Below are positions 9,098 through 17,280 of a DNA stretch of 64,000 bases, piece after piece. The stretch is taken from NCBI GenBank assembly GCA_016213695.1, contig JACQZV010000025.1, positions 14,965-78,964 of the forward strand, read 5' to 3'. Origin of the DNA: Acidobacteriota bacterium. GTDB lineage: Bacteria; Acidobacteriota; Vicinamibacteria; Vicinamibacterales; UBA2999. Below the pieces are notes generated by a model. The model was given only the letters and a program-made list of their open reading frames with translations, did no database searches and had not been told where the DNA came from. Numbering within the stretch: the stretch's first letter is position 1; each line of letters starts with the position of its first letter. A program made the position numbers and the translations under genes.

Positions 9098-9874
9098 TTA
9101 TGGCACGCGGTTCGGCTGCCCCGGCTGCTGCTGCTGTTGCTGCGGCTGCGTGCGCGGGACAGGGGCGATGACGCCCGGCGTGGCGGACGATCCAAACGGC
9201 ACGCCGAACGGGTTGGCCGGCGTCGGCGCCGTGCCGGTCTGCGCGGCTGGCGTGGCCTGGTCGTCCTGGTCGTCGTTGTCCTGCAGCGGCGCGATCCCGG
9301 GAGGCACGGGACGTCCGGCCCCAGGCGGCATTCCGGGCAGCGGCCGCGGTATCACCCGCGGCGTCGGCGGACTGGCCTGCGGGTCCGCCTCCGCCTCCAC
9401 CTCGTCGGGCTGCGCCGCATCGGCGGGAGTGTCGACGGCCGCGGCCGGCGGACGCAGCACCGGCGCGGGTCGCGGCAGTGCGGGGCGCGGCCCGCTGGAT
9501 GCGGAGGCGGCGGGCGGCGGATTCCGGGGCGCGACGCTTGTCGGCAGGATCAGGATGCGATCGAACGCGGACGCGCCGGCGGCCCCGGCGCGGCGCGGCG
9601 CCAGCATGTACCCGGCGACGTTGCGGAGGATGATGTCGAGCGCCTGGCGCTCGGGCACGTCGGTGAGCTCGAGGGTGACGGGCGGCCCGGCCACGCGGTC
9701 CGCGTTGACGATGGTGGCGCCGCCAAGGCGGGCCCACTCGGCCAGGATCCCGCGGATCGTCGCGTTCTGGGCCCGCAGGGTCACGCGTCCGCCGTTGAAC
9801 TGGACGGCAACCGACTGCTGCGCGGCGGCCGGCACCGCGAAGAGCAGCAGGAGGGCGAACAGGCGGCAGCCCAT
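9098..9874 (-). CDS. secreted protein with an STN-like N-terminal domain and a Pro/Gln-rich tail
   Basis: Signal peptide MGCRLFALLLLFAVPAAAQQ, followed by a domain of about 80 aa (...ATIRGILAEWARLGG...ERQALDIILRNVAGY) and then low-complexity P/A/Q sequence. Confidence 0.5.
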   Translation of the reverse strand: MGCRLFALLLLFAVPAAAQQSVAVQFNGGRVTLRAQNATIRGILAEWARLGGATIVNADRVAGPPVTLELTDVPERQALDIILRNVAGYMLAPRRAGAAGASAFDRILILPTSVAPRNPPPAASASSGPRPALPRPAPVLRPPAAAVDTPADAAQPDEVEAEADPQASPPTPRVIPRPLPGMPPGAGRPVPPGIAPLQDNDDQDDQATPAAQTGTAPTPANPFGVPFGSSATPGVIAPVPRTQPQQQQQQPGQPNRVP

Positions 9875-9889
9875 CCCCGCTATTGTAGG

Positions 9890-10852
9890 TCAGGCTGCGC
9901 GAAAATGCTCGATCACGCGCCGGATGATTTCGTCCAGCGCGACCTTCGGCTCGTAGCCGATGAGCGATCGCAGCCTGGAGAGATCCGGCACCCGCCGCGG
10001 CATGTCCTCGAAGCCGGCCTCGTAGGCCTCGTCGTAGGGCACGAACCGGATGGGCGACTGGCTGCCGGCGAGCGTCCGGACGCGCTCGGCCAGGTCGCGG
10101 ATGGAGATCTCGCCCGTGTTGCCGATGTTGTAGACGTTGCCGATGGCGCGCGGCTCCAGCGACAGCGCGATGAGCGCGTCAACGACGTCGCTGACGTCGG
10201 TGAAGCTGCGCGACTGCGTGCCGTCGCCGAACACGGTGATCGGGTGGCCGGCGAGCGCCTGACGGACGAATGTCGGCAGCACCATCCCGTACTGGCCGGT
10301 CTGCCGCGGGCCGACCGTGTTGAACAGCCGGGCGATGACGACCGGCAGCTTCTTCTCCTTCCAGTAGGCCAGCGCGAGGAACTCGTCGATGAGCTTGCTG
10401 CACGCGTACGCCCACCGGTGCTTGGCCGACGGGCCGAGCACGACGTCCGCGCCCTCGCGGAACGGGATGTCCGCGCTCTTTCCGTACACCTCCGAGGTCG
10501 AGGCGAGGCACACCAGTTTCTTCTTCTTGCTGGCGTGCTTGAGCACCACTTCGGTGCCGTGCACGTTGGTCTCGATCGTGTGCACCGGCTGTTCGACGAT
10601 GAGCTTCACGCCGACGGCGGCGGCGAGGTGGAACACGACGTCGCTCCGGTCGATCATCTCCGCGAGCAGCGGCTCGTTGGTCACCGAATCGATCGTGTAC
10701 GAGAAGCCGCCGGCGTGCTTGAGATGCGTGATGTTGTCGATCGATCCAGTCGACAGGTCGTCGAGGACCTGCACCTCGTGCCCCAGCGCGAGCAGCCGCT
10801 CGGCCAGGTGCGAGCCGATGAAGCCCGCTCCGCCCGTGAGGAGGGCCTTCAC
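9890..10852 (-). CDS. NAD-dependent epimerase/dehydratase (extended SDR, UDP-glucuronate-decarboxylase/ArnA-C-like)
   Basis: GTG start at 10852 gives VKALLTGGAGFIGSHL. The catalytic motif WAYACSKLIDE (YxxxK) is present. The start overlaps the upstream stop (GTGA). Confidence 0.85.
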   Translation of the reverse strand: MKALLTGGAGFIGSHLAERLLALGHEVQVLDDLSTGSIDNITHLKHAGGFSYTIDSVTNEPLLAEMIDRSDVVFHLAAAVGVKLIVEQPVHTIETNVHGTEVVLKHASKKKKLVCLASTSEVYGKSADIPFREGADVVLGPSAKHRWAYACSKLIDEFLALAYWKEKKLPVVIARLFNTVGPRQTGQYGMVLPTFVRQALAGHPITVFGDGTQSRSFTDVSDVVDALIALSLEPRAIGNVYNIGNTGEISIRDLAERVRTLAGSQSPIRFVPYDEAYEAGFEDMPRRVPDLSRLRSLIGYEPKVALDEIIRRVIEHFRAA

Positions 10853-11895
10853 GGCGCGACCGGCGCCCCGGCGTCCGGCACGTACTCGTGAAAATGCGCG
10901 CGGTAGAAATCGAGCGTCCGCCGCAGCCCCTGTCCGAGCGGCGTCGCCGGCCGCCAGCCGAGGACGCGCGCGATGCACGAGGAGTCGGCGTAGAAGTCGC
11001 CGATGTCGATCGCCTTCTTGTCCGGCGGCCACTCCACAAACCGGTACCGGCCGCTGCCGGAGGTGGCGACCAGCAGCTCCACCAGATCGCGATGCGAGAT
11101 CGGCGCCAGGCCTCCCACGTTGAACACCCGGCCGTTGGACGCGTCGGTCGCCGCGGCGCGCAGGAAGGCGTCGGCGGCGTCGTCCACGTAGACGAAATCG
11201 CGCAGCTGGGAGCCGTCGCCGTAGATCTGGATCTCGCGATCTTCGATCGCCAGCCGGATGAACCACGCGATGAAGCCCTGGCGATTGTGCTTGATCAGCT
11301 GGCGCGGCCCGTACACGTTCGTCAGGCGCAGCGAGCAGGCGCGCACGCCGAACACGTCGTTGTACAGCAGATGGTAGTACTCGCCGGCGGCCTTGTTGAT
11401 GCCGTTGACGTCGGTCGGCTTCACCAGTTGCTGCTCGGACACCGGCAGCGTCTCGGGGCGGCCGTATACCTGCCGCGTGCCCGCGAACACCACCTTGACG
11501 GCCGGGTTGTTCCGCCGGCACGCCTCGAGAATGAACAACTGGCTGCGGCAGTTGATCTCCAGATCCGTGTACGGATCCTGCATGCTGTCGATGTGGCTGA
11601 CCTGTCCCGCGAGGTTGAAGATGACGTCCTGCTCGCGCACGAGATAGTTCATCGTGCTCTGCTGGCGCACGTCGGCGATGTTCACCCGAACGCGATCGTC
11701 GATTCCCGCGATGTTGAACAGGTTGCCCCCGTATTCCGGGATGAGCGAGTCGACGATGAGCACCCGCGCGCCGAGCCGGACCAGATGGTGGGCGATCGTG
11801 CTGCCGATGAACCCCAGCCCGCCGGTGATCATCACACGGCGGCCGCGGTAGAACGCGAGGTAGTCACCGCCGGGGGCCATCGACGGATCGGTCAT
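10849..11895 (-). CDS. NAD-dependent epimerase/dehydratase family protein (non-canonical NxxxK motif)
   Basis: ATG at 11895 gives MTDPSM.... Rossmann motif ITGGLGFIGS and LRLTNVYGPRQ are present. The start overlaps the upstream stop (ATGA). Confidence 0.85.
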   Translation of the reverse strand: MTDPSMAPGGDYLAFYRGRRVMITGGLGFIGSTIAHHLVRLGARVLIVDSLIPEYGGNLFNIAGIDDRVRVNIADVRQQSTMNYLVREQDVIFNLAGQVSHIDSMQDPYTDLEINCRSQLFILEACRRNNPAVKVVFAGTRQVYGRPETLPVSEQQLVKPTDVNGINKAAGEYYHLLYNDVFGVRACSLRLTNVYGPRQLIKHNRQGFIAWFIRLAIEDREIQIYGDGSQLRDFVYVDDAADAFLRAAATDASNGRVFNVGGLAPISHRDLVELLVATSGSGRYRFVEWPPDKKAIDIGDFYADSSCIARVLGWRPATPLGQGLRRTLDFYRAHFHEYVPDAGAPVAP

Positions 11896-12689
11896 CGCTT
11901 GGCGGATTCCGGGGGCGCGGCGCTGATCGTCGGGTTGCGAAACAGGACCGCGCTGGCGTGGCGCCCGCGGCCGAGGACGACAAGCCGCACCCAGAGCTTC
12001 AGCACGTCGATGCCCGTCCAGAACACGCGGCGAACGTTGAAGAACTGGGACTTGCCGTGCGTCCGGTGGTAGTGATGCACGGGCACTTCGACCGTGTGGA
12101 AGCCGGCATCCTGAATCTTGCGCATCATCTCCAGGCAGATGACGCCGGTATCGCGCTCGAGATGCACCCGGTCGAACACCTCGCGGCGCATCAGCCGGAA
12201 GTCGCAATCGACGTCGCGCACGCGCAGCCGGAAGAGCAGTTTGACCGCGTAATGGTAGAGGCGGCCGATGATGACCCGGTGCAGCGGATCGGATCGGCTG
12301 ATCTTGTACCCCGTGACGACGTCCACGTCGGGGGTGAGCCGCTGCCAGAGCACCGCGAGTTCCCCCGGATCGTACTGCGCGTCGCCGTCGGTGTACGCAA
12401 TCAGATCCTTGGTCGCCGACGCGAAGCCGGTCCGGAGCGCCCCGCCGTACCCGCGGTTGACCGGATGGTGCACCGCGCGCACCTGCGGGTAGGTGCGCGC
12501 CAGTTCGTCGGCAATCTCCCGCGTGGCGTCGCTGCTGCCGTCGTTGACGACAATCACCTCGAAGTCAGGCGTCAGCCGCCCTGCCGCCTGCACCGCGCGG
12601 ATCACGAGGCTCGCGATGGTGCCGCCATCGTTGTAGGCGGGGAAAAAGAAGCTGACGCCGGGTGGCCGCGCGCGATCGGGGGGTTTCAT
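11892..12689 (-). CDS. GT2 glycosyltransferase, polyprenyl-phosphate sugar synthase-like
   Basis: Motifs FFFPAYNDG, VVNDGSSD and TDGDAQ (DxD), plus HRTHGKSQF, an ArnC/DPM1-type motif. Confidence 0.85.
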   Translation of the reverse strand: MKPPDRARPPGVSFFFPAYNDGGTIASLVIRAVQAAGRLTPDFEVIVVNDGSSDATREIADELARTYPQVRAVHHPVNRGYGGALRTGFASATKDLIAYTDGDAQYDPGELAVLWQRLTPDVDVVTGYKISRSDPLHRVIIGRLYHYAVKLLFRLRVRDVDCDFRLMRREVFDRVHLERDTGVICLEMMRKIQDAGFHTVEVPVHHYHRTHGKSQFFNVRRVFWTGIDVLKLWVRLVVLGRGRHASAVLFRNPTISAAPPESAKR

Positions 12690-12746
12690 CGGGGTCCAGT
12701 GGAGCGCTCGAAATCGTAGCGTGGAAAGGACTTTTCGGACAAGGAC

Positions 12747-13463
12747 TTACCGGGCGCCGCGGGGCGGACGCCGGCCCGCCAGGCGCCACGGCAGCAGCAC
12801 CGACTCGGCCACCACCCGTGCCGAGAGCTTCGAGACGCCCTCCCGCCGTTCGGTGAAGGTGATCGGGATCTCGACGATGCGGCAGCCCAGAGCCGTCGCG
12901 TACCACGCCATTTCGACCTGGAACGCATAGCCGTTCGAGCGGATTCGCGGGAGCGCGAGCCGCTCGAGCGCCTCGCGCCGCCAGCATCGGAACCCGCTCG
13001 TGCAGTCGCGGATCGGCAGCCCCGTGATCGCGCGGACGTACTGGTTGGCGAATGCGCTCAGCAGGACCCGCCGCGTCGACCAGTTCTCCACGCGGCCGCC
13101 CGGAACGTAGCGCGAGCCGATGGCGACATCGGCCGTGGCGAGCGCCGCCACGAGGCGCGGCACGTCCGCCGGGTCGTGGGAGAAATCCGCGTCCATCTGG
13201 CAGATCGCTTCGGCGTGCAGCCGCAACGCGTGCTGCATGCCCTCGATGTACGACAGCCCGAGCCCCCGCGGGCCCGTCCGGCGGAGCACCGACACGCGGC
13301 CGGCCGTCGCGACCGCCATCGCGTCCGCCGCGTCGCCGGTTCCGTCCGGCGACCCGTCGTCCACGACGAGAATCTGCAGGCCGGGCGTGCGGAGCAGCGC
13401 GTCGACGAGCCGGGGCAGATTCGCGCGTTCGTTGTAGGTGGGGATGACGACGACCGTGCGCAT
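12747..13463 (-). CDS. GT2 glycosyltransferase, polyprenol-phosphate mannose synthase (Dpm1)-like
   Basis: ATG at 13463 gives MRTVVVIPTYNERANL. Also VVDDGSPDGT, MDADFSH and FTERREGVSKLS. Confidence 0.85.
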   Translation of the reverse strand: MRTVVVIPTYNERANLPRLVDALLRTPGLQILVVDDGSPDGTGDAADAMAVATAGRVSVLRRTGPRGLGLSYIEGMQHALRLHAEAICQMDADFSHDPADVPRLVAALATADVAIGSRYVPGGRVENWSTRRVLLSAFANQYVRAITGLPIRDCTSGFRCWRREALERLALPRIRSNGYAFQVEMAWYATALGCRIVEIPITFTERREGVSKLSARVVAESVLLPWRLAGRRPPRGAR

Positions 13464-13592
13464 GATCCGCGTCACGCCACGACGGCGTTCTTCACTCCCA
13501 CGGACCACTGAGACACAGGGGCACTGCGATCACACTGGAATGACGTCCCCGGTATCTCGGCGCCTCGATGGTACGTCATGGTGAAGGATGGT

Positions 13593-14477
13593 CTAGTCGT
13601 CTTCGCGCTCGCGCTCGCGCCCGGGCGGCGCGAAGCGCAGCGCCGACACCTGCTCGGAGACGAGCCCGACGAGGAATACGAGGACCGCGAACAGGATCAG
13701 GAGCACGGCGCCGTTGGGAATCCTGCCGCTCGCGGTCACGTTCCAGATGCCGTAGGAGACGCCGGCGGCGAACGAGACCAGGCTCGCCGGCACGAAGAGG
13801 CGAAGCGGGCTGAAGACGGTGACGATCGTCAGCAGGATGAGCAGGAACCGTGCGCCGTCGGCGCCGAAGCGGATCTTCGAGCGTCCGGCGCGCCGCCGCG
13901 CGTCGATCGGCTCGAAGGCCACGCTGTATCCCGCGCGCAGGAACGCGAGCGTCGTCGTCGTCGGCGTGGAGAAGCCGTTCGGGAGCAGATGCAGGAACTC
14001 GCGCAGGCACGCGCGGCGGGCGCCCCGGAAGCCGGAGGTGAGGTCGGGGATCGGCCGGCCCGTGAGGTACCCCGCGAGGAGGTTCAGCGCGGCGTTGCCG
14101 GCGCGCCGCGCGGGCGACGCGTGCGTGGACGGGGCGCGCGCGCCGATCACCAGGTCGTACTCGCCCAGACGCGCCGCGATCCGCAGCGCGTCCTCGGGGG
14201 CGTGCTGCCCGTCGGCGTCGAGGATGAGAATGAAGTCGCCTTCCGACTGGCGGATGCCGGTCTTGACCGCGGCGCCGTTGCCTTTGCGGTAGGGATGGCG
14301 CACCACGCGGGCGCCGGCGGCCCGCGCCAGCTCCCCGGTCGCATCGCTCGACCCGTCGTCGATCACGAGCACGTCGCGCCAGGCGGCGGCCGCGCGCAGC
14401 CGCCGCACCAGGTCGCCGACGGCGGCGGCTTCATCGAGCGCCGGAATCACGATCGACACCGACGAGGGGTCAGCCAA
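13593..14477 (-). CDS. GT2 glycosyltransferase with C-terminal TM helices (ArnC/GtrB-like)
   Basis: Motifs IVIPALDE, VIDDGSSD, LDADGQH and RRRAGRSKIRF, followed by two hydrophobic helices. TTG start at 14477, or alternatively GTG at 14459. Confidence 0.85.
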   Translation of the reverse strand: MADPSSVSIVIPALDEAAAVGDLVRRLRAAAAWRDVLVIDDGSSDATGELARAAGARVVRHPYRKGNGAAVKTGIRQSEGDFILILDADGQHAPEDALRIAARLGEYDLVIGARAPSTHASPARRAGNAALNLLAGYLTGRPIPDLTSGFRGARRACLREFLHLLPNGFSTPTTTTLAFLRAGYSVAFEPIDARRRAGRSKIRFGADGARFLLILLTIVTVFSPLRLFVPASLVSFAAGVSYGIWNVTASGRIPNGAVLLILFAVLVFLVGLVSEQVSALRFAPPGREREREDD

Positions 14478-15522
14478 CGAGCTGCTCCACCACGCCGTCC
14501 CATGTCACCAGGGCGGCGACGTCCCGGCCGCGCTCGCCGAGCCGGCGGGCGAGCCCGCGGTCCGCCGCGAGGCGCGCCACAGCGAGCCCGACCGCGTCCG
14601 GCTCCGGCGCGCAGACGAACCCGTTCTCGCCGTCACGTACGAATTCGAGCGTGCCGCCCGAGTCGGCAGCCGTGATCACCGGCTTGGCGGCCAGAAACGC
14701 CTCGAGCGTCACGTAGCCGTAGTCCTCGTCGAAGGGGACGTAGACGACCGCCAGCGCGCCGGCATAGAGGTCGAGAAGTTCGGCAGGGCTGGCGTGTCCG
14801 ACAAAGATCACGCGCGCGCCGACCCCCGCCTCCGCGGCCGCCTGTTCCGCCGCCTGGCGGTGGGTTCCCGTGCCGACGAGCAGCAGGCGGACGGGCGGCG
14901 GCACACCGGCCAGCGCGCGGATGGCGAGTTCGGGGCGCTTGACGGCTTCGAGGCGTCCGACCGCGAGCACGTAGTCGCCGTACTCGCCCGGATGCAGGCG
15001 ATCGGCCAGCGGCGGCGGATGGTAGAGCGCCTGCGCCGCGATGCCGTTGAATTTCTCGAGACGCCGTGCGGTGTTCTGCGCGTTGGTGAAGACGCGGCGG
15101 CACTCGCCGAGCGTCCGGCGATCGAGCTCGATCAGGCGGCGGCGCAGCCCCACGTCCATCTCGGTGTGCCCGAAATCACTGTAGGGGGTTCCGCACAGCT
15201 CGTAGGCCGCCCGGTGCTGGTGAATCACCCACGCGACCTTGCGCGGATGGCGGGCAAAGTAGCTCGGAAATCTGGTGGCGATCAGCAGATCCACCGGCTG
15301 CGCGTTGCTCGCGGACAGATCCAGGAGGCGCCACGCGGCGGCCTGCGCGAGCAGCTCCGACTTCGGATGCGCGCGGAAGGGGAGCGCCACCTTCTCGGCG
15401 TCGTAGCCGCGCCGCCGCAGCTCGTCGACGAGCGATCTGACGTGAAGCTCGGCGCCCCCCTCGACAAACGGTACCTGCGCGTCGGCGACGATGATCCGGG
15501 TGATGTCGGTGCTAGGTGGCAA
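14470..15522 (-). CDS. GT4 (GT-B fold) glycosyltransferase
   Basis: Lies in ORF 14470..15792. Contains RIIVADAQVPFVEGGAELH... and a C-terminal EDYGYVTLEAFLAAKPVI...GG..EFV motif. There is no ATG or GTG near the N-terminus, so a TTG at 15522 that overlaps ychF is proposed. The start is uncertain. Confidence 0.75.
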   Translation of the reverse strand: MPPSTDITRIIVADAQVPFVEGGAELHVRSLVDELRRRGYDAEKVALPFRAHPKSELLAQAAAWRLLDLSASNAQPVDLLIATRFPSYFARHPRKVAWVIHQHRAAYELCGTPYSDFGHTEMDVGLRRRLIELDRRTLGECRRVFTNAQNTARRLEKFNGIAAQALYHPPPLADRLHPGEYGDYVLAVGRLEAVKRPELAIRALAGVPPPVRLLLVGTGTHRQAAEQAAAEAGVGARVIFVGHASPAELLDLYAGALAVVYVPFDEDYGYVTLEAFLAAKPVITAADSGGTLEFVRDGENGFVCAPEPDAVGLAVARLAADRGLARRLGERGRDVAALVTWDGVVEQLVG

Positions 15523-16606
15523 AGCGGAAGTTGATGATATCGCCGTCCTGGACGACGTAGTCCTTGCCTTCGAGCCGCACCTCGCCGTGCTCGCGGCACG
15601 CGTGCATGGAGCCGCGCGCCACCAGCGCGTCGTAGGGGACGACCTCCGCGCGGATGAACCCGCGCTCGATGTCGCTGTGAATCTCGCCGGCCGCCAGCTG
15701 CGCGGACGTGCCGCGGGCGATCGACCAGGCGCGGCACTCGTCCTCGCCGACCGTGAAGAACGAGATGTAGCCGAGCAGGTCGTAGCTGGCACGAATGACG
15801 CGGTCGAGGCCCGATTCGGTCAGCCCGAGGTCGCCCAGAAACGCCGCGGCGTCGGCCGGCTCGAGCCGGCTGATCTCGAGCTCGATCGTCGCGCAGAGCG
15901 CGACGGCGCCCGTGGCGGCGTGTGCGAGCAGCCCGCCCAGGCCCGTCTGGTCCGCCGCCCGCTCGACGCTCGAGCCGATGGCGGGGACGTCCGCTTCGTC
16001 CAGGTTGATGACGAGCAGGAGCGGTTTGGCCGACAGCAGCTGAAAGCCCCGCAGGCGCCTGACGTCGTCGCTCGTGATCTCGAGCGCGCGCAGCGGCGTG
16101 CCGTCCTCGAGCGCCTGGCGGCAGCGCTGCAGCAGGTCGCGTTCCTTTTCGAGCTCCGGCGAACGCGTCTTCTTCAAGTCCTTCTCGAGGCGTTCGAGGC
16201 GCCGCTCGGCCACGCCGAGGTCCGCGAGGATCAACTCGGCCTCCATCGCCTGGACGTCGCGCGCGGGATCGATCGTGCCGGAGGGATGCGGCACGGCCGG
16301 ACTGCGGAACGCGCGGACGACGTGGACGAGCGCGTCGGCGTTCCGGTACGCCGCCACGTCGAGGAGCGCCTGCGCGCCCGATGCGGCGTGCGCCGCCGCG
16401 GCCAGGTCGGTGAACTCCACGGTCGCCGGCACGTGCTTGCGCGGGTTGTACATCGCGGTCAGCGCGTCGAGCCGGGCGTCGGGAACCCTGGAGATGCCGA
16501 GGGTGACGTCGCCTCTGCCGCGGGGCGCCTCATGCGCGCTCGTCATCAGCTGAAACAGGGTCGTCTTGCCGGTCGAGGAGAAGCCGATGAGCGCCGCCCG
16601 AAGCAT
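15512..16606 (-). CDS. ychF: redox-regulated ATPase YchF (Obg-like GTPase family)
   Basis: ATG at 16606 gives MLRAALIGFSSTGKTTLFQLMT (P-loop). The C-terminal TGS-like end is ...VVQDGDIINFRFAT. Confidence 0.9.
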   Translation of the reverse strand: MLRAALIGFSSTGKTTLFQLMTSAHEAPRGRGDVTLGISRVPDARLDALTAMYNPRKHVPATVEFTDLAAAAHAASGAQALLDVAAYRNADALVHVVRAFRSPAVPHPSGTIDPARDVQAMEAELILADLGVAERRLERLEKDLKKTRSPELEKERDLLQRCRQALEDGTPLRALEITSDDVRRLRGFQLLSAKPLLLVINLDEADVPAIGSSVERAADQTGLGGLLAHAATGAVALCATIELEISRLEPADAAAFLGDLGLTESGLDRVIRASYDLLGYISFFTVGEDECRAWSIARGTSAQLAAGEIHSDIERGFIRAEVVPYDALVARGSMHACREHGEVRLEGKDYVVQDGDIINFRFAT

Positions 16607-16636
16607 GAAGTGGCAGCCTAGCACGCCGCCTTGAGT

Positions 16637-16672
16637 CGCCCCATCACCGGGTCGGACCCGGGTGATGGGGCG
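16637..16672. repeat. 17/18-bp inverted repeat in the ychF-mraZ divergent spacer
   Basis: CGCCCCATCACCGGGTC g GACCCGGGTGATGGGGCG, with one indel. A partial third copy, CCGGGTCCGACCCC, lies at 16675..16688. Confidence 0.7.
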
Positions 16673-16765
16673 CAGCCGGGTCCGACCCCAGGCGAAGGGC
16701 GCCAGACGGCAGTCTGAAAGATGGCGAAACTTTAGCGTAACTCCAAAAGAGTGAGTGGCTTATGG

Positions 16766-16794
16766 TTGACATCGCCCCCTCGCAGACTTACTAT
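16766..16794 (+). promoter_or_regulatory. sigma70-like promoter of the dcw cluster (TTGACA-17 nt-TACTAT)
   Basis: TTGACA at 16766..16771, a 17-nt spacer, then TACTAT at 16789..16794. It lies about 25 nt upstream of the mraZ GTG. Confidence 0.45.
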
Positions 16795-16798
16795 CCGA

Positions 16799-16823
16799 GT
16801 GGATTTTTGTGGAGGAAAGTGGA
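16799..16823 (+). promoter_or_regulatory. three GTGGA direct repeats at exact 10-bp phasing (putative MraZ operator)
   Basis: GTGGA occurs at 16799, 16809 and 16819, immediately after the -10 box and overlapping the SD (GGAGG, 16811..16815) and the start codon. Confidence 0.4.
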
Positions 16824-17271
16824 GCAAAACTCGCTCCGCGGCAGCTCTCCGACCCGCATCGACGACAAGGGTCGGTTGAAGGTGCCCACCATGTTTCGGG
16901 GGGTCATTCAGGACCAGCACGGGGCCGACGTGTTCGTCACGAGCCTGACGGGGGAGTGTGTGCGCATCTATCCGCTCCCCACCTGGCTCGCGATCGAGCG
17001 GAAGCTGCTGCAGATGCCGGCGAATCATCCGTCGCGCCTGAAGTTTCTCGATCGCGTCAATTACTACGGGCAGACCGGCGAGCTCGACGCGCAGGGACGC
17101 GTCGTGATCCCGGCGCACCTGCGCGAGAGCGCGTCGATCGTCGGCGACGTGCGCGTGTTCGGACGGATCGACTACCTCGAGGTGTGGAACGAGGAGCGCT
17201 TCCTCCAGAAGCTGCACCGCGAACCGTGGACCGACGAGGACGGCCTCGGGCTTGCGGAACATGGAATCTGA
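16819..17271 (+). CDS. mraZ: division/cell wall cluster transcriptional regulator MraZ
   Basis: Two SpoVT/AbrB-type DxxxR motifs (IDDKGRLKVP and LDAQGRVVIP). GTG at 16819 with an upstream GGAGG gives 150 aa. The track ORF starts at ATG 16762 (169 aa), so the start is uncertain. Confidence 0.8.
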   Translation: MEQNSLRGSSPTRIDDKGRLKVPTMFRGVIQDQHGADVFVTSLTGECVRIYPLPTWLAIERKLLQMPANHPSRLKFLDRVNYYGQTGELDAQGRVVIPAHLRESASIVGDVRVFGRIDYLEVWNEERFLQKLHREPWTDEDGLGLAEHGI

Positions 17272-17280
17272 CGGACGGCC

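Noticed and set aside
9121-9560. CAG/CTG- and CCG-rich repetitive DNA, considered as a possible non-coding repeat or contingency locus.
   Set aside because: It lies in frame within the 9098..9874 secreted protein and encodes its Pro/Ala/Gln-rich tail (for example QPQQQQQQPGQP). There are no perfect long microsatellite tracts that would suggest phase variation.
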